A DNA stretch of 64,000 nucleotides from Deltaproteobacteria bacterium. Lineage in GTDB: Bacteria > Myxococcota_A > UBA796 > CAJQPC01. Under the pieces are notes generated by a model. The model made no database searches and was not told where the DNA came from. It saw nothing but the letters and a program-made list of their open reading frames with translations. This document shows positions 17,693 to 24,907 of the stretch, piece after piece; the first letter of the stretch is position 1; the number at the start of each line of letters is the position of its first letter. Both the position numbers and the translations under genes were made by a program. The DNA lies in the NCBI GenBank assembly GCA_016717595.1, contig JADKFE010000026.1, positions 4,323 through 68,322 on the forward strand. The letters run 5' to 3'.

Positions 17693-18547
17693 TCAGCCCT
17701 CTAGGTCGATGAGCATCCCTTCCCGGGCGAGGGTCACGCGGGGCTCAACGTGGTCTTGCCACTTCGCGCTCAGCTCATCCAGGAAGCCGTCTGTGGCGTC
17801 GGGGGCGTGGTGGAACATGATCAGGTGCTTCACGTTCGCCACCTTCGAGAGCGCCACGGCGTACTCCGGGTACGCGTGGCCCCAGGTCATCTTCTCGAGG
17901 TACTCATCGAAGGTGAACATCGTGTCGAAGATGAGGAGATCGACCCCCTCGATCGCGTCAAGTACCTGACGTTCCGTGGCCGGTGGTGGCGCGTTCGCCG
18001 TCACGCCTTCGCCGGGGCGGGCCAGAGGCGCGGTGTCGGTGAAGTAACAGACGGTGTAGCCCCCGGCGCTGATGCGATAGCCCACCGCGCCGCCGGGGTG
18101 GTTCATGCGCACGCCGAGCACCTCAAAGGGGCCCCGCTGGAAGATTTTGCCCGGCTGAATCGGCGTGAAGCTGAGCTGCGCGGGGATCTCGCGGATGCGC
18201 AGGGGGTGGTAGACCCCGTTCACGAAGCGCCCGAGGCGATCTTTGGCCTCTTCTTCAGAGAAGGCCGGGACCGTCACCCGCACCTGGTAGTTCGGCGCAA
18301 ACACCGGCCCAAAGAACGGGAAGCCGATGATGTGGTCCATGTGAAAGTGCGTGAAGAGCAGGTCCAGCTCACGCTGGGGCCGCCCGAGGAGGTCACGCCC
18401 AAGAGGCCGCGCGCCCGTGCCGCAGTCGAGCACGATCGTGGCGTCGCCGTGGGTGACCTCAACGCACGAGGAGTTACCGCCCCAGCGCGTCGTGCCTTCT
18501 CCTGGGACCGGAATCGATCCTCTGACTCCCCAAAAGCGGACTTTCAC
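17693..18547 (-). CDS. MBL-fold metallo-hydrolase
   Basis: The protein contains VKVRFWGVRGSIPVPG and the metal-binding motif LLFTHFHMDHIIGFP. The start is set at GTG 18547, preceded by AGGA. The longer track ORF would overlap the C-terminus of the upstream OMP. Confidence 0.85.
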   Translation of the reverse strand: MKVRFWGVRGSIPVPGEGTTRWGGNSSCVEVTHGDATIVLDCGTGARPLGRDLLGRPQRELDLLFTHFHMDHIIGFPFFGPVFAPNYQVRVTVPAFSEEEAKDRLGRFVNGVYHPLRIREIPAQLSFTPIQPGKIFQRGPFEVLGVRMNHPGGAVGYRISAGGYTVCYFTDTAPLARPGEGVTANAPPPATERQVLDAIEGVDLLIFDTMFTFDEYLEKMTWGHAYPEYAVALSKVANVKHLIMFHHAPDATDGFLDELSAKWQDHVEPRVTLAREGMLIDLEG

Positions 18548-18596
18548 ACCATTCCTGCCAGCGCGGCGACCGTTTCGACGAGCAGGCCGGAAGTGG

Positions 18597-19171
18597 TCAG
18601 CTCGCTTGAAAATAGTACCGCAGACCGATCTGTCCGTCCACGGCCCAGGAGAGGCTCTCAAGGAAATAGAAGGTCGGGGCCACCTCTAAGTAGAGCTCGA
18701 CGGGGCTTCGGCGGCGATCACCGTGGCGCCACCGACCACCCGAGGGCCGACGAAGCTGCGCTCGTTGAGGGTGTCGACCTCAGCCTTGAAGCCCACGCCC
18801 AGGTACAACGGCACGCTATAATCTTCGATCGACGGCGCGAATGGCTTAAAGACGAGGGTGTAGTCCGCCGTGGCGCCGAGCGTGCCGGGCCTGCCCAAGG
18901 CCGCGCCCGCCGAGAACTGGGCGGCGGCGAGGTCACCCAAGGCGAAGCGCCCGCTGACCCCGGCGGGAGATCCGATCGCGATTCCTAAGCCGAAGGAGCC
19001 GCCGGCGCGTCCTGAGGCTGGCGCCGCGGCTGGCGGAGCGGCCGGGGGCGGGGCGACGATCACCGGCGCGGGGGTGGGCGAGGTGGGCGGCGTAGGCTCA
19101 ACCGGGGGCGTCTCCGCCGGAGCGGAGTCTTGGGCGAGCGCGGCGCCGAGCGTGATGAGGGTGAGCGTCAT
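18597..19171 (-). pseudogene. Small outer-membrane beta-barrel-like protein with its reading frame interrupted near 18702-18705
   Basis: The ORF at 18686-19171 has a signal peptide, a Pro/Ala-rich linker and alternating beta-strand-like sequence, and ends abruptly (...IAAEAPSSST). Another frame continues as VELYLEVAPTFYFLESLSWAVDGQIGLRYYFQAS to a stop at 18597-18599, which looks like an OMP C-terminal strand. One extra base in the GGGG run at 18702-18705 would join the two frames. Confidence 0.55.
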
Positions 19172-19220
19172 CCGTCACACAGCTTGTTTCGCCGATGGGG
19201 GCGGCGGCGTAGAGGAGAGG

Positions 19221-19297
<77 letters not shown>

Positions 19298-19419
19298 AGA
19301 CAACACCTAACGCTGGTGAGGTCGTGACCTCTCCGCGCTGAACCCTCTTATAACCCCCGAACCTCGCCTGTCAACCTGGGGGGGCGCGTCGCGGGGCGCG
19401 TCCCCTGCCCCACCGCCGA

Positions 19420-19989
19420 TCAGCCGAGCTCGTCATCGACGGGGCCTCCGCCGAAGTCGTCGTCGCGCCCACCCGGCGAGGGCGGCGTGGCCACCCAGCG
19501 GCGCATCGCGCGGAGCGTCGTGTCGCCCCAGGCGGGATCGGTGCGCTCAATGGCGAACTTTCGCAGGAGGCCGCCGACGATAAACATCAGCTCTTCATAG
19601 AGATACATCCGCTCATAGAGCATCTCCTCTTGCCCGGCCTTCACCAGCCCGGGGAGCTTGGCGCCCTGGAGGTCAAAGAAGGCGCCGCGCACGGAGACGC
19701 TGTACTCGCGGTCCTCTTTGCGGATCGCGAGGCGCAGCTCACGCACCACGCGGCCCCCCGCCAAGGCCGCCCGGGCCTCTGGGGTGCCTGAAGGGTTCTC
19801 CCCGGTGAGCACCGTGCGGGGTTTGTCCTCCTCTTGGGACCGAAACGCGATGCGGTCGTCTACCCACACGTCCACGGCGCCGACCTCGTCGCCGAGCTGA
19901 AAGGTGCCGCCGTCACGCTCGGACGCGAACCACAGCCAGGTCAAGAACTCCGAGGGCAGGTGCCCCAAAAGCGCGCGCTCGTCGTCCAT
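19420..19989 (-). CDS. rdgC: RdgC-family protein, C-terminal half
   Basis: The segments SEFLTWLWF, TFQLGDEV and YSVSVRGAFFDLQGAKL align by eye with the C-terminal part of E. coli RdgC (LTEWV, GFQLLDEA, RIQFVMCDDGSLKRLKF). Its start shares one base with the stop of the N-terminal half (TGATG). Confidence 0.75.
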   Translation of the reverse strand: MDDERALLGHLPSEFLTWLWFASERDGGTFQLGDEVGAVDVWVDDRIAFRSQEEDKPRTVLTGENPSGTPEARAALAGGRVVRELRLAIRKEDREYSVSVRGAFFDLQGAKLPGLVKAGQEEMLYERMYLYEELMFIVGGLLRKFAIERTDPAWGDTTLRAMRRWVATPPSPGGRDDDFGGGPVDDELG

Positions 19990-20600
19990 CAGGTCTCCCC
20001 GCGCAGGTCTGAGCCGCCGGTGCGCTCTAGCGCCTTGGCGAGTTCGGGATCTCCGAGGAGATCTAAGGGGTTGAGGGGGTGAAGCTCCAAGCCGAAGGTG
20101 CGGTGGAAGAGCTTGCGGAAGCGGTCGTTGGCGGACTCGCTGTGGCTATGAAACAAGACCCAGCCTTCAGGGATGTTCCAGGCCAGCTCAACGACGGCCA
20201 CCCGCGGCAAGGCGCGCTGGAGCCACTCGTGCTCGATGCGCTCCTTCACCTCCTCCTTCACGTTGCGCGGCGGGCGCTCACGGCCATGCTCGACGCACCA
20301 CTCCCGCAGCTCTTTGTCTACGGTGGCCTTAAACAGCTTCGCCGGGAGGGCCTTCTTGTCGGCGCGGAGCGAGAACAGCGCGTACTGGTTGTACAGCCAG
20401 TCGTCGAGGTTGGAGAAGTCGGTGTCGAGGAGGTTTCGGTGCTGCACCCAGCCGAAGACCTCCTCTTTGCTGACCTTCGAGAACGGCTCGTGGAAGGCGT
20501 TCTGGTTGAGCGCCTCGGGGAAGGTCGTTCGAAACGCCTCGGGCACCTCGCCGCGCACGGCGTACCGACGGGCGCTCAGCGCCCCCTTGAGGATTCCCAT
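19989..20600 (-). CDS. rdgC: RdgC-family protein, N-terminal half
   Basis: The segments ILKGALSARRYAV, EEVFGWV, RADKKALPAKL and VELAWNIPEGWVLFHSHSESANDRFRKLFHRTFG match the N-terminal roughly 190 residues of RdgC (recombination-associated protein). Confidence 0.8.
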   Translation of the reverse strand: MGILKGALSARRYAVRGEVPEAFRTTFPEALNQNAFHEPFSKVSKEEVFGWVQHRNLLDTDFSNLDDWLYNQYALFSLRADKKALPAKLFKATVDKELREWCVEHGRERPPRNVKEEVKERIEHEWLQRALPRVAVVELAWNIPEGWVLFHSHSESANDRFRKLFHRTFGLELHPLNPLDLLGDPELAKALERTGGSDLRGET

Positions 20601-20680
20601 GCTGTCCGCCTCCAGCTTTGCGCGAGCTGCGCGAAGCTGCCCCCCTTACTCCGGCGCGGGCGCTCGGGCCACGCCGCAAC

Positions 20681-21010
20681 CTACTCGACGGGCTCCTCGT
20701 CGAGCCAGTAGTAGGCGCCGACCGCGCGGCCCTCGTCGCCGCGCTCGACGAGCAGGCAGCGGTAACGCACGAGCTCGACGTCACGCTCACGCCAGCGCTC
20801 ATAGACCTCGGGCACGGTCAGGCCGAAGTCGCGGCTCTCCCAGGCCACCCGGCCATCGACGCTGATCGGCGCGTCTACGGCCTGCGGGCGGTCGAAGAAG
20901 ACCACACGGTCACCCCGGATCGGGCCGTCAGGCGTCCAGAGGCCCAGAGAGATCGGCACGGTGCCCGCGAAGGGGCTGCCGGGGCGCGCGACAAAGCAGC
21001 GGAGCGACAT
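20681..21010 (-). CDS. Hypothetical 109-aa protein
   Basis: The composition is Trp/Tyr/Phe-containing and non-repetitive. The ORF lies 6 bp downstream of the Sm-like gene on the same strand. The competing plus-strand ORF (20618-21469) has typical antisense Arg/Ala/Leu composition. Confidence 0.55.
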   Translation of the reverse strand: MSLRCFVARPGSPFAGTVPISLGLWTPDGPIRGDRVVFFDRPQAVDAPISVDGRVAWESRDFGLTVPEVYERWRERDVELVRYRCLLVERGDEGRAVGAYYWLDEEPVE

Positions 21011-21016
21011 AGACGC

Positions 21017-21796
21017 TCAGTCCTCTTCAGAGAGCCGCGCGAGGCCGTGGCGCAAGGCGGCCATCTCGGCGCCACCCTTCACCGAGAAGCCAAGCTCGTA
21101 TTTGGAGATCCAGATGATCTTGCCCTTAAACACCTCACCCTCGAGGAAGGTGAGCTCGACGGTGCGACCCCGATCGAGGGCCTCAAAGAGCCGGCGGTTG
21201 GAGAAGTTCACCCGGTCTTGAGGTTTGACGGCGGGCTCGCGGGGGCGGGCCTTGATCTCGTTGTCGAAGCGCACGGCCCGGCGCAGGCGCTTGCGCTCAT
21301 CCGCGTCACACAGGAGCTTCACCTGGAGCTTATGAATGCGCTCCTCGGGTTTTCCGGCCTCTTGGAAGACGATCTCGTAGCGCTCGGACGCCAAGACCAC
21401 GCCCTCGATGTTGCGGTTGCCCATCAACGAGAGCGCCACGGGCTTCTTGGTGCGGGCGGCCTCGTCTAAGGCCGAGCGGTCGCGGTGCTCGCTGACGTGG
21501 GCGTCGAGGCGCATCTTAAACAGCACGGCGCCGAGCTCGGCCTGCTTGAGCACGATCTGCGTCGCCAGAGCCCGGGTGATGCCGTGTTTGCGGATGAGGT
21601 TCTCGACCTCGGCGGCCTGGACCATCCGCTTGAGCACCTCGTTGAGCTCTTCTTTGCCGGTGGCGATGGCGGTGGCGAGCTGCTTGTCGAGGCCATGCGC
21701 GGACATGAGCTGAGCGATCTTTCGCTCAAGCTGGGGATCTCGCTGCGGGCGATTGGGCCGTCTGGGGGGGCCGGAGGACTTGGGACCGAAGGGCAT
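21017..21796 (-). CDS. Protein with two Sm/Hfq-like domains and two N-terminal helix-extension-helix-like repeats
   Basis: Two segments follow the Hfq pattern [25 protein letters not shown]...YKHAIS. They are KPVALSLMGNRNIEGVVLASERYEIVFQ...IHKLQVKLL and RTVELTFLEGEVFKGKIIWISKYELGFSV...ALRHGLARL. The N-terminal repeats are HGLDKQLATAIATGKEELNEVLKRM and HGITRALATQIVLKQAELGAVLFKM. Confidence 0.7.
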   Translation of the reverse strand: MPFGPKSSGPPRRPNRPQRDPQLERKIAQLMSAHGLDKQLATAIATGKEELNEVLKRMVQAAEVENLIRKHGITRALATQIVLKQAELGAVLFKMRLDAHVSEHRDRSALDEAARTKKPVALSLMGNRNIEGVVLASERYEIVFQEAGKPEERIHKLQVKLLCDADERKRLRRAVRFDNEIKARPREPAVKPQDRVNFSNRRLFEALDRGRTVELTFLEGEVFKGKIIWISKYELGFSVKGGAEMAALRHGLARLSEED

Positions 21797-21847
21797 CGGA
21801 CACCTTGGAGCGCGGACAAGAGCAGCCAGGACGCGGGATTGCAGAGC

Positions 21848-22810
21848 CTATGGCCCAAATGGAGGCAGGTCAAGACGCAGCAGGTAAACGGCGCCGTCAA
21901 TGCCGTCAGGGCCAGGACGCTCGGGGCATCCGACGAGCAAGTGGTCCCCTTCGGACACCACGCGGACGGGGCGATCAGGCGATCCGCCGACCAGGGCGAT
22001 GACCGGCGCGGTCGGGTCGTGGAGCGGCACGGCGCGGGCTCGGCGCGGCGCGGCGATGGGGTTGGTCACCCCGGCCACGAAGCGGGGGCTCAGGGAGCGC
22101 CCGAGCTGATCCCCGGGCTCACCGACGACGACGCGGCCGTCCTCTGCGTAGACGACCCCCGCGGCGTCCTCAACACCGAGCATGGGGTTGGACCACCAGG
22201 CCACGCCGTCGGCGTCGAGGCCCACCGCCCCGCCCTCCCCGGCCTCGCCCAGCGCGCGGCTCGGTTCGTCTGGGGCGGCGCTGAGGTCGAAGGCCTCGCA
22301 GCCTGGGCCCTCCGACGCGCAGGTGAGCGCGAGGAGGCGCGCGTCACCAAGCGCCAAGGCCCGAGCCCCGCTCAGCGCGATCCGCTCGCCGGTTGAGGTC
22401 TCCACACCGGCGTCATCCGCCAAGGCCCAGCCCGCGCCGTGGCCGACGAAGACGCGGGCGGAGGGGCGATCGGCGACAAGCGCGCCGTCGTCTAACCGCA
22501 CCACACCGCGGCCCCGCACGCCGGCCATGGCCGAGCCGTCCTCAGCCCACCACAGCGCCGCGACCTCACCCCCAGCGTCCCACGACATAAGTTGGACGCC
22601 CGACCAATCCACGAGCCAGACCTCTTGACCCGCCGAGATCAGCGCCCCCGACTCCCCCGCGGCCAGGGCCTCCCCCAGCCCGGCGGGGCCGAGCACCTCG
22701 ACGGCGTTTAGCTCACCGGGCACGACCCACTCGCCGGGGAGAAGATCGGCCTGGCAGCCGCCCAAGAGCGCGCTGAGGAGCCCGCCGACGAGCGCGGCGG
22801 TGCGGCTCAT
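21848..22810 (-). CDS. Lipoprotein, Gly/Ala/Asp-rich (FG-GAP/propeller-like)
   Basis: The internal ATG at 22810 gives MSRTAALVGGLLSALLGGCQ, which contains a lipobox. It overlaps the methyltransferase stop (ATGA). Confidence 0.7.
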   Translation of the reverse strand: MSRTAALVGGLLSALLGGCQADLLPGEWVVPGELNAVEVLGPAGLGEALAAGESGALISAGQEVWLVDWSGVQLMSWDAGGEVAALWWAEDGSAMAGVRGRGVVRLDDGALVADRPSARVFVGHGAGWALADDAGVETSTGERIALSGARALALGDARLLALTCASEGPGCEAFDLSAAPDEPSRALGEAGEGGAVGLDADGVAWWSNPMLGVEDAAGVVYAEDGRVVVGEPGDQLGRSLSPRFVAGVTNPIAAPRRARAVPLHDPTAPVIALVGGSPDRPVRVVSEGDHLLVGCPERPGPDGIDGAVYLLRLDLPPFGP

Positions 22811-23442
22811 TTTGTCGCGACGACACGCCGGTAGAAGCCGAGGGTGTCCGTGGTGACCTGGGAGAGCCCCAGGCCCTCCACCCGACGGGTCATCTCGCGG
22901 AAGCCCTCGTCGCCAAGGGACCACTTGCGCCAGCTCCGCTTCACCCAAGCGTCCGGCGGCCACAGGCCACGACGACGGATCCAGTCCCGGGGCACGTCGA
23001 GGGAGGGATCTGCGTCCCACAGGCTGATGACGCCGCCGGGGCGCGTGACGCGCTTGAGCTCTTGCAGGATGGCGTCGGGATCTTGCCAGTGGTGCATGGT
23101 CTGCACGGCGACGACCCGATCGAAGGTGTCGTCGGGGTAGATGATCTCTTCAGCGCGCATCTGCTTGAAGGTGATGTTGAGCCGGTGCGCGCGGTTCCGC
23201 TCGGCGATGCTGATCATCGTCGCGCTCTGGTCGATGCCGACGCAGTCGAGCTCGGGGTTGCCCGCGGCGGCGTGAATACACACCCAGCCGGGGCCGCAGC
23301 CCACGTCGAGCAAGGCGCCGCGGGTGATGTCGAGGCTGCCCGCGATGCGTCGGTAGGCGGGATCGTAGTACCAGGCCGGGCCGAGGTTGTAGCTCCACGC
23401 GCGCAGCGAGGCGCGGCCCTCAGGCAGAAGCGGGATGGCCAT
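22807..23442 (-). CDS. Class I SAM-dependent methyltransferase
   Basis: Motif I reads LLDVGCGPGWV, and the downstream segments FDRVVAVQTMHHW and PGGVISLWD are present. Confidence 0.9.
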   Translation of the reverse strand: MAIPLLPEGRASLRAWSYNLGPAWYYDPAYRRIAGSLDITRGALLDVGCGPGWVCIHAAAGNPELDCVGIDQSATMISIAERNRAHRLNITFKQMRAEEIIYPDDTFDRVVAVQTMHHWQDPDAILQELKRVTRPGGVISLWDADPSLDVPRDWIRRRGLWPPDAWVKRSWRKWSLGDEGFREMTRRVEGLGLSQVTTDTLGFYRRVVATK

Positions 23443-23487
23443 GTGCTTGTCTCCTGATGGAACGAAGGGGCGCCGCGCAGGACGGGC

Positions 23488-24870
23488 TCAGGGCAGGCCG
23501 TCGAGGGCCTCCCGAGCGAGGTCTAACATCCGGCCCATGCCCCGGTGGGGCACTCGCAGGGTTGGAGGATCGTCTCCGCTGTAGTGCCCGGAGACGCTGT
23601 GATCGAGGAGCGTGCCGCCCCAGACGACGATGAGCTGCGCCCAACGCTGCTCGCTCTGGGCCTGGGATTGGGTGTGTCGCGCGTCGCCGGGGATGAGGTG
23701 CAGCTCAACGCGGGCGTCGAGGTGCTCCTTCAAGATGCGGTGGTAAGGCGGAGAGCCCCCCACCAAGGTGAGGCGCTTCACGCCGCGCAGAAGCAGAGAC
23801 TCCCCAAAACGCCGGATGGAGCGGCGGGTGTCGGAGCCGTCGCAGACCTCACAGCGCGCGAGGCTCACCCGCACGACGGAGACCCCGACCGGCACGGGGC
23901 AGTCCTCGCGGCCGCAGTGGAGCACGAGGCGGCTGGAGAGCAGCTCCGCCACGGGGGCGGGATCGGCGGCGCTCAGGTGGCGGCTGAGCTCGTTTAAGCG
24001 GCGGGCGTCGGCCAAGGCGCGGACGGCGGCGGCGTGCTCATCGTCGCCCCGCAGGCCGCGGTCGGTCAGAAGCTCTGTGAGGCCCACCGCCGTGGAGATC
24101 TCAGGTGGCGGAGGCGCCACCACCACGACGGGGGGCGGCGCGGCGGGCTTGGCCTGAAGCTCACGGAGGAGGTGCTCACGCTCGGCGATCAGCGCGGCGA
24201 CACGGTCCTCGAGGGCCAGCACCCGGGCGTTGGCGTCGGCGGCGAGCTGGGCGGCGCGGGCCTCGGCTTGATCGACGCGGCCTTGGGCGGCGCGGGCCGC
24301 GCGGTCGGCCTCGGTGAGCAGGCGAGCGCGGCGCTCTAGCTCCTCTTGGGCGTGCTGGAGCTGATCCCGGGTGATGTGGTACGCCTGCTGGCTGACGCTC
24401 GGCGATGGGCCGCGCCCGATGGGCAACGGGTCTGCCGCCTTGGGGGCCTTCCCGGCGAGGAGCTGGGCGCGGGTGTAGGCCTGCTTTGGCGGCGGAGGCA
24501 GATCGTCGGCCCGGAGGTCGATCGTCATCGGCGCGGGTGGCAGCGGTCGGGGGGCGTCGACGGGGCGCGTGGGCTGCTTTTGTTGGGCCGTCACGGCGTT
24601 CTGCCGCTGGGGCCGGGGCTGCTGCTTCTCTCCACGGATCGTCTGCACACCTTGGGCCTGCATGAGCTGCTCGATGGAGGCGCCGTGGTCAGGCAGGCCT
24701 CGCTTCACGCGGTCGACGAGATCATCGACCTTGGCGACAGGCACGCGGCCCTCCGCCGTGAGCCAACGGTCGAGGCCGAGCTCGGTGAGGCGGCGGCGAA
24801 AGGCGACGGGGTCGTGGCCGAGGCCCTGGGCGAGCTGTTCGACGGTGACGCTGGCGGATGGTCTTGACAC
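23488..24870 (-). CDS. Coiled-coil protein with a Cys4 zinc-ribbon-like motif and a DUF2325-like C-terminal domain
   Basis: A central Ala/Arg/Glu-rich coiled coil is followed by HCGREDC...CEVCDG. The C-terminus reads RLTLVGGSPPYHRILKEHLD...LIVVWGGTLLDHSVSGHY. Confidence 0.75.
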   Translation of the reverse strand: MSRPSASVTVEQLAQGLGHDPVAFRRRLTELGLDRWLTAEGRVPVAKVDDLVDRVKRGLPDHGASIEQLMQAQGVQTIRGEKQQPRPQRQNAVTAQQKQPTRPVDAPRPLPPAPMTIDLRADDLPPPPKQAYTRAQLLAGKAPKAADPLPIGRGPSPSVSQQAYHITRDQLQHAQEELERRARLLTEADRAARAAQGRVDQAEARAAQLAADANARVLALEDRVAALIAEREHLLRELQAKPAAPPPVVVVAPPPPEISTAVGLTELLTDRGLRGDDEHAAAVRALADARRLNELSRHLSAADPAPVAELLSSRLVLHCGREDCPVPVGVSVVRVSLARCEVCDGSDTRRSIRRFGESLLLRGVKRLTLVGGSPPYHRILKEHLDARVELHLIPGDARHTQSQAQSEQRWAQLIVVWGGTLLDHSVSGHYSGDDPPTLRVPHRGMGRMLDLAREALDGLP

Positions 24871-24907
24871 CCCGCCTGCTTAACCCGGATCCTCCGGCGC
24901 GGGCGCG

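Noticed and set aside
20618-21469. 283-aa plus-strand ORF spanning the 109-aa and Sm-like genes
   Set aside because: It has antisense-type composition. The minus-strand ORFs have aromatic-rich, non-repetitive sequence and tight operon spacing.
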